From positions 8,492-35,643 of the forward strand of contig JAWCMA010000012.1 in the NCBI GenBank assembly GCA_038850285.1: DNA of 27,152 bases, in the 5' to 3' direction. This document shows positions 8,772 to 17,238 of the stretch, piece by piece. Every line of letters begins with the position of its first letter. Within the stretch, counting starts at the first letter, position 1. This DNA is from Methanocellales archaeon. Lineage in GTDB: Archaea; Halobacteriota; JAWCLZ01. The position numbers and the translations under genes were made by a program. The notes beneath the pieces were generated by a model. It was not told the origin of the DNA and did not search any database. It saw only the letters and a program-made list of their open reading frames with translations.

Positions 8772-10073
8772 ATGGTTAAATATGAACTAGCGATTAAAAA
8801 TGGTTGGGTTTTTTATAGAGATAAAATAATTCAAGCTGACATCGCTATTGAGAATCACAAAATAGCTAGGATTGCAAGAAGAGTGGAAGGCTTTAAAGTA
8901 ATAAATGCAAGTAAAATGCTCATACTCCCTGGAGCCATCGATGTACACGTGCACTTCAGAGAGCCTGGTTTAACATATAAGGAAGATTGGTACACTGGCT
9001 CTTGTGCAGCGGCAGCTGGAGGGGTAACCTCAGTTATAGATCAGCCTAATACCCTTCCCCCCACCACCACTGTTAAAGCTTATAAGAAAAAGCTCAAACT
9101 CGCTGAGCAAAAATCAATCGTGGACTTCGGGATAAATGCAGGGGTGATGGAAAAAGCTGAGCTTGAGCAGCTCTGGAGACTAGGCGCTATTGCTTTTGGA
9201 GAAATTTTCTTAGCGGATTCCATAAAAGTGGATTACTCATTTTTATGTAGCGCTCTTGAAAGAATAGGAAGGCTGCGCGGATTAGCTTGTATCCACGCAG
9301 AAGACAGCGCGCTGATTATGCAAAATCTCCAGAAATATAGAAGCTCGACTCCAATTGCATACTCTAGAATTCGATCTGCTAAATGCGAAGCACTGGCTAT
9401 TCAAAGGGTATTGAATTTAAATGCAAAATTGAAGTATAAACCAAGGCTTCACTTCTGCCACCTTAGCACGAAGCTGAGTTTGAAATTACTGAGGCAGAGT
9501 ACTTGCACCGCAGAAATAACGCCTCACCATTTGCTGTTGAACCTGAAGGATTATCACCGATTGGGAAATCTTGCAAAGGTAAATCCCCCGCTGAGAAGCA
9601 AAACAGATCAGCTTGCCCTCTGGCGTGCATTTATAAAAGGCGAGATATCAATACTCGCCTCCGACCACGCTCCTCATTTACCCATTGAGAAACAAGATTT
9701 AGAATCCGCTCCATCAGGCGTGCCTGGAGTTGAAACAATGATACCGCTAATGCTAGCCTTGGTGAAAAAGAAATTGATTTCCCTTGAAAGACTGATTAAT
9801 GCTGCTTCAAAGAATCCAGCTAGGATTTTTAAAATCAAAAATAAAGGGGAAATCAAACGCGGGATGGATGCAGATTTAATGATCACTGATTTCAAGCCCG
9901 CTAAGATAAGAGCAGATAAGCTGCATAGCAAGTGTGGTTGGACTCCATTTGAAGGCTTCGAAGCAGTCTTCCCAAAGCTAACGCTCTTAAGAGGGAAGGT
10001 AATTTTCCAAGGAGATATAACCTGCGAGGGAGGATTTGGAAAATTATTAAAGCGAAATGATAATGCGAAATGA
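8772..10073 (+). CDS. pyrC: Dihydroorotase (amidohydrolase superfamily)
   Basis: PGAIDVHVHFREPG, DQPNT, IHAED, CHLST, EITPHHL, KVNPPLR, ASDHAPH and GVPGVET. Confidence 0.92.
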   Translation: MVKYELAIKNGWVFYRDKIIQADIAIENHKIARIARRVEGFKVINASKMLILPGAIDVHVHFREPGLTYKEDWYTGSCAAAAGGVTSVIDQPNTLPPTTTVKAYKKKLKLAEQKSIVDFGINAGVMEKAELEQLWRLGAIAFGEIFLADSIKVDYSFLCSALERIGRLRGLACIHAEDSALIMQNLQKYRSSTPIAYSRIRSAKCEALAIQRVLNLNAKLKYKPRLHFCHLSTKLSLKLLRQSTCTAEITPHHLLLNLKDYHRLGNLAKVNPPLRSKTDQLALWRAFIKGEISILASDHAPHLPIEKQDLESAPSGVPGVETMIPLMLALVKKKLISLERLINAASKNPARIFKIKNKGEIKRGMDADLMITDFKPAKIRADKLHSKCGWTPFEGFEAVFPKLTLLRGKVIFQGDITCEGGFGKLLKRNDNAK

Positions 10074-10111
10074 TTAAGGCCTTGGAAATAAGATACAAGA
10101 GTTAGCCTCGC

Positions 10112-10936
10112 ATGAAGGTCATTTCTATCACTGGCTATAAAAACTCTGGCAAGACTGATTTAACAGTTAAATTAGTGGAAGCACTCAAGCAAAAGGGAAA
10201 AGTGGGCACTGTAAAGCACATGCATGCTCATCGCTTCGATAAAAAGGGAAGTGATACATATCGACATATGCAGGCAGGGGCAGATGTTGTTGTGGGCGTT
10301 ACGCCCTATGAACTTGTGAAGCTCACAAATGCAAATAATCTAAAGGCAGCGCTTGACGAGCTCGCCAATGCAGGGGTTGATTATGCAGTGGTGGAGGGCT
10401 TCAAAGATAGCTTGCTTCCTAAAATTGCAATTGGCGAGGTAAAAGCAGCGAATATCATTAAAACCCTAGATCCGCATGGAGATTTAAACATAGATGAACT
10501 CGTGGAGCTCGTGGAGAGCCAGCGAGAATGGATAACATTTAACTCCCTTGTAAATAAGGTTAAAAAAAATAGAGATATCGCTAAAACAGGGGCAATTGCC
10601 ACATTCACAGGTATAGTAAGAGGAATAAATAAGGGGGTTAAGATTAGAGAACTTCAATTTGAGCATTACGAGGAAATGCTTGATAAAACGCTAGAGAAAA
10701 TCAAGCAAACTTTGAAGCAGCGCGAGGGCATAGTTGAAGTACTAATACACCATAAAAGCGGAGTAATACCCGCGGGTGAGGACATCATTTATATAGTTGT
10801 AGCAGGCTCGCATCGCAAGGAGGTATTTAAAGCTCTCAGCGATGCAATTGAAATGGTTAAAACTCAAGCACCCATCTGGAAAAAAGAAGTCACAGAGATA
10901 GGAGAATACTGGGTTCAAGAGGTAGAAAGAAAATGA
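10112..10936 (+). CDS. mobB-moaE: MobB - molybdopterin synthase catalytic subunit MoaE fusion
   Basis: The N-terminal part has P-loop GYKNSGKT, VKH, GSDTYRH and VVEGFK (MobB). The C-terminal part has GAIATFTGIVR, HR.E.F and PIWKKE (MoaE). Confidence 0.93.
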   Translation: MKVISITGYKNSGKTDLTVKLVEALKQKGKVGTVKHMHAHRFDKKGSDTYRHMQAGADVVVGVTPYELVKLTNANNLKAALDELANAGVDYAVVEGFKDSLLPKIAIGEVKAANIIKTLDPHGDLNIDELVELVESQREWITFNSLVNKVKKNRDIAKTGAIATFTGIVRGINKGVKIRELQFEHYEEMLDKTLEKIKQTLKQREGIVEVLIHHKSGVIPAGEDIIYIVVAGSHRKEVFKALSDAIEMVKTQAPIWKKEVTEIGEYWVQEVERK

Positions 10937-12264
10937 AGCAGCGGCTTTTTGGCACCAATGGTGTTAGAGGAATAGCCAATGTTGATTTAACCTCTGAAAT
11001 TGCACTTGCGCTTGCGAAAAGCTATGGAAGCTTGCTGGAGTTAAGCAGCACAGTAGCAATTGGAAGGGACACTCGCCTATCAGGAGAAATGTTCAAACAC
11101 GCGGTTATCTCAGGCTTGCTTTCCGCAGGCTGCAGTGTTGTGGATACAGGGATAGTTCCAATTCCAGCGCTACAATACTACGTTAGGGATAATGCAGATG
11201 GAGGAATTATGATCACGGCATCCCATAATCCCTGGGAATATAATGGAATTAAAATCATCGATAGAGATGGCACTGAGATAAGCAAGGAATTGGAGGGAAA
11301 AATCGAGGGGCTCTACTACAGTTCTAATTTTAGAAATATAGAATGGAATAAAATAGGGGAATTGAGGAATGCGGAGATCATTCAAAATTATATCAATGGA
11401 ATTCTAAAGCTAGTGGATAGAGAAAAAATTGCAAGGTCGAAGCTGCGTGTTGCAATTGATCTAGGCAATGGCGCTGGCTGCATGGCAACGCCTAGATTAC
11501 TCCGCGAACTTGGCGTTGAAGTAATTGCACTAAACGCTGACCCAGAGCCAGTTTCTCCAGGTCGCGAGCCTGAGCCAACTAAGGCCTCACTTAAGGAGTT
11601 AATGGAACTCGTGGTATCGGCAAAAGCCAGCTTCGGAGCGGCTCACGATGGCGATGCAGATCGAGCGGTGTTCATAGATGAAAAAGGTGAATATGTAGAA
11701 GACGATGTAACTCTAGCTATTTTTGTGAAAAATGCTCTTTCTAAAAAAACTGGACCTGTTGTTACACCAGTAAGTTCTTCCCAGAGCATAGTTGATATTG
11801 CTAATGAATTTGGAGTGAAAGTAGAGTGGACAAAAGTGGGAAGCATACACGTAGCTAGAAAGATGAAGGCAATAAATGCAGCTATAGGTGGAGAGGGAAA
11901 TGGAGGTATAATATTCCCAGAGCATCAATACTGCCGCGATGGCGCTATGGCAGTGGCAAGGATGTGTGAATTAGTTGCAGAGCAAAAACTATCTGAACTC
12001 GCAAACCAAGTGCCTAAATATTACAATTTGAAGACAAAGCTGCGATGTGAAAATAAAGAAGCAGTAATGCAGCACGTTAAAAGCAAGCTCAAGGGTGAAA
12101 TCATCGCTATAGATGGATTCAAGGCTTATTATGATGATGGCTGGCTATTAATCCGCCCTTCTGGTACTGAGCCAATTATTCGAATCTTCGCAGAATCCAA
12201 GTCGATGGATAGAGCTAGAGAGCTTCTAGAGTATGGCTGCAGCTTAATTAAAAACTGCAGCTAG
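10933..12264 (+). CDS. glmM: Phosphoglucosamine mutase / phosphomannomutase-phosphoglucomutase
   Basis: LFGTNGVRG, ITASHNP (phospho-Ser), HDGDADR, GGEGNGG and LIRPSGTEPIIR. ATGA overlap with moaE. Sugar specificity is uncertain. Confidence 0.88.
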   Translation: MKQRLFGTNGVRGIANVDLTSEIALALAKSYGSLLELSSTVAIGRDTRLSGEMFKHAVISGLLSAGCSVVDTGIVPIPALQYYVRDNADGGIMITASHNPWEYNGIKIIDRDGTEISKELEGKIEGLYYSSNFRNIEWNKIGELRNAEIIQNYINGILKLVDREKIARSKLRVAIDLGNGAGCMATPRLLRELGVEVIALNADPEPVSPGREPEPTKASLKELMELVVSAKASFGAAHDGDADRAVFIDEKGEYVEDDVTLAIFVKNALSKKTGPVVTPVSSSQSIVDIANEFGVKVEWTKVGSIHVARKMKAINAAIGGEGNGGIIFPEHQYCRDGAMAVARMCELVAEQKLSELANQVPKYYNLKTKLRCENKEAVMQHVKSKLKGEIIAIDGFKAYYDDGWLLIRPSGTEPIIRIFAESKSMDRARELLEYGCSLIKNCS

Positions 12265-12267
12265 GAC

Positions 12268-12288
12268 TTACTTTTTATTACTTTTTTG
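12268..12288 (+). terminator. Putative archaeal oligo-T terminator after the mobB-moaE-glmM run
   Basis: TTACTTTTTATTACTTTTTTG directly after the stop codon. Confidence 0.5.
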
Positions 12289-12363
12289 TCCAAAGATCAA
12301 GCTTGCCTCCAGTAAAAAGATGATATATAAATCATGGTAAAGCGAATATAGAGAATAGAATAT

Positions 12364-13329
12364 ATGAAGCTCGCTCTCGGTATAACTACCAGCATGCCTC
12401 TGGAAAAATCCATCAGCTATGCCAAAATTGCTGAGGAAAATAATTATCATAGAGTATGGATTGGTGAGGATATACTTTCAAGGGAAGTTTTCACTTATAT
12501 CTCAATAATTGCATTAAAAACCGAGAGAATACAACTTGCAACTGGCATAACAAGTCCATATTTGAGGAATATAGCGGTAATAGCATCAAATGCAGCTGGA
12601 ATTCAAATATTGAGTAAAAATCGCTTCACACTGGGATTAGGAGTTGGCGGTATTCCAGAGATTGAAAAGATAATGGGTAAAAAGCCGGATAGGGTAATCA
12701 AGATAATGAGGGAAACAGCTCTACTTCTGCGGAAAATCTTTAAAGGAGAGAAAATAACATATGAAGGTAGAACTACCCGCTTGAGGGATTACAAACTCAG
12801 TATAAAACTCGAGGTTGAGCCCAAAATTTATTTTGGGGTGCGAGGAGAAAAGCTGCTCGCATTAGCTGGAGAAATTGCAGATGGAGTGATATTCTCAGGG
12901 CCCAAGCGCTATCTCAAGCGAGCCATGCAAATCGTTGATGAAGCAGCTGAGAGAGCAGGGAGAGATAAAAAGGAGATAGACCGCGTGCTATGGAACTGCA
13001 CAGTGGAAGTTGAAAATGAAGAGGATTTAAAATTAGCTAGACTTGTATCAGCCACAATAGCAGCGAGTCTTCCAAAAAATAGCTTGAGTGAAGCGGATCA
13101 AATTCGAGAGAAATTCAAAGCAGGGAGATATGAAGAAGCAGCTCAAATGATGAGCGAGGAATTCATGAGGGAATTCTGCATCTATGGCTCTAAAAAGGAG
13201 ATACTTAATTGCTTTAATCAATTTAAAGAAATGGGGTTTAGAGAATTCGTAGTTGGACCCCCATTCAGCAAAAATCCCGCGAGAACCATTAAATCAATAG
13301 GGAGGGCTAGTGTTGGAATATGGGATTAA
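12364..13329 (+). CDS. LLM class flavin/F420-dependent oxidoreductase (Mer-like, divergent) A
   Basis: AKIAEENNYHRVWIGED, IQLATGITSPYLRN, RFTLGLGVGG, IYFGVRGEKLLALAGEIADGVI and FCIYGS. TATA-like GATATATAAA at 12321-12330. Confidence 0.88.
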   Translation: MKLALGITTSMPLEKSISYAKIAEENNYHRVWIGEDILSREVFTYISIIALKTERIQLATGITSPYLRNIAVIASNAAGIQILSKNRFTLGLGVGGIPEIEKIMGKKPDRVIKIMRETALLLRKIFKGEKITYEGRTTRLRDYKLSIKLEVEPKIYFGVRGEKLLALAGEIADGVIFSGPKRYLKRAMQIVDEAAERAGRDKKEIDRVLWNCTVEVENEEDLKLARLVSATIAASLPKNSLSEADQIREKFKAGRYEEAAQMMSEEFMREFCIYGSKKEILNCFNQFKEMGFREFVVGPPFSKNPARTIKSIGRASVGIWD

Positions 13330-14233
13330 CTTCAATGGTGATCTACCAATTGATCACATAATAGAGGGCGCGAGAATTGCAGAGCAAATAGGCTTCAAAT
13401 ACATCTGGGTTGGAGAGGCAAATGAATATATACACCCTTTCCCAGTGCTCGCAGCTATATGCGAGAACACAACTAAAATTCAAATTGGCTCAGGTATAAT
13501 CTCACCTCAACTGAACTTATGTCGCCATATATTGAAGGCATTTGAAACCCTTCAAGAATCCTATGGACCTAGGTTCATTATAGGCTTAGCCCCAGGTGAC
13601 TTCATAGCGCTTCAGTCACTTGGAGTGGGAATGAGGCAGCCAATTGAGAAAATAAATCAATGTTTAATCGAAATCGCTGGCCGCGTGCCAACCTACATTG
13701 CAAAGCAAATTACTAAGCCAGAGGAAGTCTGTTCATATGGTGTTATACCAGTATTCGTGGGAGCGACTGGACCGAGGATGATTGAATTTGCTAGTTTGAA
13801 GGCAGATGGGATTCTACTTAACTATCTCAAACCCGAGTATATCAACTGGGCTTTGAGATACTTCAAAAGAAGAATATATACAGCTGTCTACGGTCCATCG
13901 CTTCTTCTTCCAAATAGCTCAAATGAAAAACCCTTGCTCATAGCTGCAGCAATAGTGGCATCAAGCGTGCCTAAAGAGCTTCAAATTGAATTTGAAATAG
14001 AGAATATGATAAATCAAATAAAAACTCATTTAAATCGCAGGAACTACAGCGAGCTTGTGAAATACAAAGAATTCCTGTATAGCAACTTTACTCTTTCAGG
14101 AAGTGCTGAGCAGATAAAAAGAAAAATTGAGGAAATGAAGAAAGTAGATCAAGTTATATTTGGCACACCAATTTGCCGCAGCCTCGAGGCAGTTAAAAAG
14201 CTGAAAGAGATAATAAAAAAGATGGGGGGGTGA
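13310..14233 (+). CDS. LLM class flavin/F420-dependent oxidoreductase (Mer-like, divergent) B
   Basis: AEQIGFKYIWVGE, IQIGSGIISP, RFIIGLAPGD and VFVGATGPRMIEFASLKADGILLN. GTG start after GGGAGG; 20-nt overlap with gene A. Confidence 0.85.
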   Translation: MLEYGINFNGDLPIDHIIEGARIAEQIGFKYIWVGEANEYIHPFPVLAAICENTTKIQIGSGIISPQLNLCRHILKAFETLQESYGPRFIIGLAPGDFIALQSLGVGMRQPIEKINQCLIEIAGRVPTYIAKQITKPEEVCSYGVIPVFVGATGPRMIEFASLKADGILLNYLKPEYINWALRYFKRRIYTAVYGPSLLLPNSSNEKPLLIAAAIVASSVPKELQIEFEIENMINQIKTHLNRRNYSELVKYKEFLYSNFTLSGSAEQIKRKIEEMKKVDQVIFGTPICRSLEAVKKLKEIIKKMGG

Positions 14234-14236
14234 AGG

Positions 14237-14449
14237 ATGGGCGTGCTCAGAAAAATGATGAAGAAATATAAACTCACAGAAGGAGACATGCAAGAATGGC
14301 GAGAGGTAAAATCTTGGTACTTAAACATGGCAAGCGAATACCCCCAGAAGTGTTTAAAATGCGGAGATTTATTTTACGTTCCTTCTTTTGATGCATTTTT
14401 AATAAGCCGAAATAAAAGGGCTTGTTTATGTCAAAAATGTTTGAAATAA
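14237..14449 (+). CDS. Small Cys-rich (zinc-finger-like) hypothetical protein, 70 aa
   Basis: CLKC...CLCQKC. Starts 3 nt after the LLM-B stop, with RBS GGGGGTGA. Confidence 0.7.
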   Translation: MGVLRKMMKKYKLTEGDMQEWREVKSWYLNMASEYPQKCLKCGDLFYVPSFDAFLISRNKRACLCQKCLK

Positions 14450-14503
14450 GAAATAAGCATAAATTTTTATGTGCAATGCTACGAAACCTAGGAGAGGAAT
14501 TCA

Positions 14504-15133
14504 ATGCGCTTTAAAAATAGAGAAGATGCTGGGAAAAAACTGGCTGCAGAGCTCTCTAGCTTGAAAACTTTAAATCCAGTAGTACTAGCTATACCCCGTG
14601 GGGGAGTTGTAGTGGGCAGCGTCGTTGCTAAAGCGCTGAGTGCCAAGCTAGATGTAGTGGTCCCTCGAAAACTTGGAGCACCTTACAATCCAGAACTCGC
14701 AATCGGTGCGGTTATGCACGATGGAACTTATTATCTAAATAACGATATAGTGGCAGTGTTGAATGTATCTGAAAACTATATTAAAAAGGAGATAGAGGCT
14801 CAAAGGCTGGAGACTGAAAGAAGATTGCAATTATATAGAAAATCCAGGGATTACGATTTAAGGGATAAAAATATCGTACTCGTGGACGATGGCATCGCTA
14901 CTGGGGCAACTGTGCTCGCTGTGATTAACTGGCTGAAAAATCAGCAGCCTAAAAAAATAGTGGTTGCAGTTCCAGTGCTGCCTGCTGAAACCCTTGAGTT
15001 ATTGAAGAAGGAAGTGGATGAAGTGATCTATATCTTAGCGCCATATGAATTTGAAGCAGTTGGTGAGTTCTACGAGGATTTCAGTCAAGTTGAAGACGAA
15101 GAGGTTATAAAAATAATGAAACAATATCGATAA
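14504..15133 (+). CDS. Type I phosphoribosyltransferase (COG1926-like)
   Basis: MRFKNREDAGKKLA, LAIPRGGV, RKLGAPYNPELAIGA, PRPP loop VLVDDGIATGAT and AVGEFYEDFSQV. Confidence 0.92.
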   Translation: MRFKNREDAGKKLAAELSSLKTLNPVVLAIPRGGVVVGSVVAKALSAKLDVVVPRKLGAPYNPELAIGAVMHDGTYYLNNDIVAVLNVSENYIKKEIEAQRLETERRLQLYRKSRDYDLRDKNIVLVDDGIATGATVLAVINWLKNQQPKKIVVAVPVLPAETLELLKKEVDEVIYILAPYEFEAVGEFYEDFSQVEDEEVIKIMKQYR

Positions 15134-15147
15134 ACAATATCGATAAA
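15119..15147. repeat. 13-bp perfect tandem duplication across the PRT stop codon
   Basis: AAACAATATCGAT at 15119-15131 and again at 15132-15144. Confidence 0.85.
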
Positions 15148-15183
15148 TAAAAATAGCTTTAAAAAATATAAGGGGGAATTAAG

Positions 15184-15360
15184 ATGCCATTCGTACTATG
15201 TGAAAAATGCTATGAAAAGCTGAAAGAGCAGGTATTCATTAGCAGCAAACCAGTTTATGGAAAATGCATTCTATGCGCCTACTTAGGCTATGGAGTTATT
15301 GTTGTAGAGCCTAGGAATATGCTTGCTTTTGAAACCTTGAGAAAAGCAGCAGCTTCATAG
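15184..15360 (+). CDS. Zinc-finger microprotein, 58 aa (CxxC-x18-CxxC)
   Basis: Not in the ORF track. MPFVLCEKCYEKLKEQVFISSKPVYGKCILCAYLGYGVIVVEPRNMLAFETLRKAAAS*. RBS AGGGGG at 15171-15176. It fills the gap exactly and overlaps the convergent gene by 6 nt. Confidence 0.7.
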   Translation: MPFVLCEKCYEKLKEQVFISSKPVYGKCILCAYLGYGVIVVEPRNMLAFETLRKAAAS

Positions 15361-16494
15361 CTCCCTCCTGTAGTTAGTGAGCATCTCATATGCCGTTTGC
15401 GTGACTACAACTGTGTCCTCAACTCTCACCCCAAACTCGCCTAAATAGAGCCCGCAGTTGCCAATTGAAATCACCATTCCAGCTTTCAATTCCTCTTTGA
15501 GTTCTTCACCGTGGAAGAAAGCATGCCCTGGTGGTAAAGGAGGCTCTTCGAATTCTAAGCCCACGCCGTGAATTGGAGGTCCAATGAAGTACTCCTCATA
15601 GCCTTCTTCTTGAAATATCCTGCGCATTAGATTCTCAAGCTCAGAAATGGTTTTACCCGGAGCTATAGCTTCAACAGCTGCTCTCTGAGCTTTCAAATAA
15701 ACTTCAAAAGCTTTTTGCTGCTTCCTCGTGGGCTCTCCAGCGCAGATAGTGCGGCAGAGATCCGCGTGATATCCATGTACAGTTGGATGAAGGTCGATCG
15801 TAACTAAATCACCTGTTTCAACCTTTCTATGGCTTACTATTCCGTGTGCGATAGACGATCTAGAACCAGAGGCAACATATGTTCTATAGAATTCCTCAGC
15901 TCCTTTTTTCCTCATCATATATTCTGCTTCAGCAGCTATTTCGGTTTCAGCAGCACCGAGTTTCACTGCTTCAATTGCTGCTTCCATAGCTGCATCAGCC
16001 ACCTCTGCTGCTTTTCTAATGAGCTCAATTTCCTCGCGCGATTTCACGATCCTTAAATCAGTCATAATGGGAGTTGCATCAGCGAACTCAAGCTTCTCTG
16101 GCTTCGCGTGTGGATGCTTGAACATCTCAAGCATGGAAACCTTAAGAAAAGTATTCTCCACCCCAACCTTCCCCTTTTCCAGCTTAAGTTCCTTCCAGAT
16201 ATGCATTAATGAGTGCAGCATTTCAATTTCATCTTCAAATCCAAAGATATGCTCCGAAGCACATAACTGCTTCACATCTTCAACATCGGTTTTTGGCACC
16301 CCATAGTAAGTAGAGCCTGCTCTCGAAACTATTGCAAAAGCGCACAGTCTGCCATCGCCTATTAAATACCTCATATTCTGAGGCTTAGTTAAAAGCATTG
16401 CATCCAAGCCCAATTTTTCCATAATTACACAAGCCCGCTTAACTCTTTCCTCAAAAAATTTGCTCCCGGCGAGTGCACCCTTATAATACTTCAT
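15355..16494 (-). CDS. M24 (Xaa-Pro peptidase/creatinase fold) hydrolase with atypical active site
   Basis: Creatinase-like N domain, then LRIVKSREEIELIRKAA, SIAHG, TIDLH...ADLCRT, IHGVGLE and GVRVEDTVVVT. Confidence 0.88.
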   Translation of the reverse strand: MKYYKGALAGSKFFEERVKRACVIMEKLGLDAMLLTKPQNMRYLIGDGRLCAFAIVSRAGSTYYGVPKTDVEDVKQLCASEHIFGFEDEIEMLHSLMHIWKELKLEKGKVGVENTFLKVSMLEMFKHPHAKPEKLEFADATPIMTDLRIVKSREEIELIRKAAEVADAAMEAAIEAVKLGAAETEIAAEAEYMMRKKGAEEFYRTYVASGSRSSIAHGIVSHRKVETGDLVTIDLHPTVHGYHADLCRTICAGEPTRKQQKAFEVYLKAQRAAVEAIAPGKTISELENLMRRIFQEEGYEEYFIGPPIHGVGLEFEEPPLPPGHAFFHGEELKEELKAGMVISIGNCGLYLGEFGVRVEDTVVVTQTAYEMLTNYRREL

Positions 16495-16497
16495 AGG

Positions 16498-16650
16498 TTA
16501 AACCCTTCCCTTGATATACATCTCGGGATTTCTATCGAACTTTTGCTTGCACATAGGCGCGCAGAAGTAGTAAGTCTTCCCTTTATATTCCGACTTCCAC
16601 TTCGCCGTTTTTTCATCAACTTCCATTTTGCAAACAACATCTAGAGTCAA
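16498..16650 (-). CDS. YHS/TRASH domain microprotein, 50 aa
   Basis: Not in the ORF track. TTG start after GGGTGA. MTLDVVCKMEVDEKTAKWKSEYKGKTYYFCAPMCKQKFDRNPEMYIKGRV* matches the D.VC.M.V / Y.G.TYYFC..C...F..NP..Y pattern. Confidence 0.92.
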   Translation of the reverse strand: MTLDVVCKMEVDEKTAKWKSEYKGKTYYFCAPMCKQKFDRNPEMYIKGRV

Positions 16651-17238
16651 GCAATTCACCCTAATAAAAAAGTTGAATAAAGAAACATTTAGTTTTCGCT
16701 GGTATGAATTAAATGAACGGACTTTGAGAAAGAGGTTGCCATTGAAACGCGCAATATAAAAATCGCTTAGTAGCCCTATTTAATACCGGTAATTCTTCAA
16801 ATGGCAAAATATTTTTTGACAACTTTCTAGTCTGTCGAAAGTATTTGAAATGCTTAGCGATGTGTTTATTATCATTTTTCTCTTGCTTTCCATCTCTTAG
16901 TCGCTGAAGTCAGCGGGTGAGTCTCAGATGTTTGGGCATGGAAGAGCTCAGAATGTCACCATTGGTTTCTGCCAAAATTATGATTTCTTTCATAAGCCTT
17001 GAAACATTTCGAGAGGCAATCCCAATATTGTTCCTGCAGGTTTACACATTGAGATAGCTAGAGATACGATTATGGAAGAAGCGGATAGCATGAAGCTCAG
17101 GAGAAAATAAGCCGCGGGGCAGGCTGCAAGGGTATTGCGTTATACATCTTAGATCTAGTAATACTGGGGAAAGAAGGAAATATTAGAAATTTAAAAAAGA
17201 AATACAAATTTGTTGTAATTTAAAAAAGGTGGATTTTT

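Noticed and set aside
10112-10936. MobB-MoaE fusion as a novelty
   Set aside because: This fusion is already known in euryarchaea.
12364-14233. Calling either LLM gene mer (methylene-H4MPT reductase)
   Set aside because: Both lack the W(I/V)TDHYNNR-type signature of true Mer, so only the family-level call is supported.
16895-16960. IS200/IS605-type end hairpin
   Set aside because: The resemblance is only vague and there is no tnpA or tnpB remnant nearby. It is kept only within the unexplained-gap finding.
17000-17002. In-frame TGA as a selenocysteine codon
   Set aside because: There is no recognisable selenoprotein context or SECIS element; decay is more likely.
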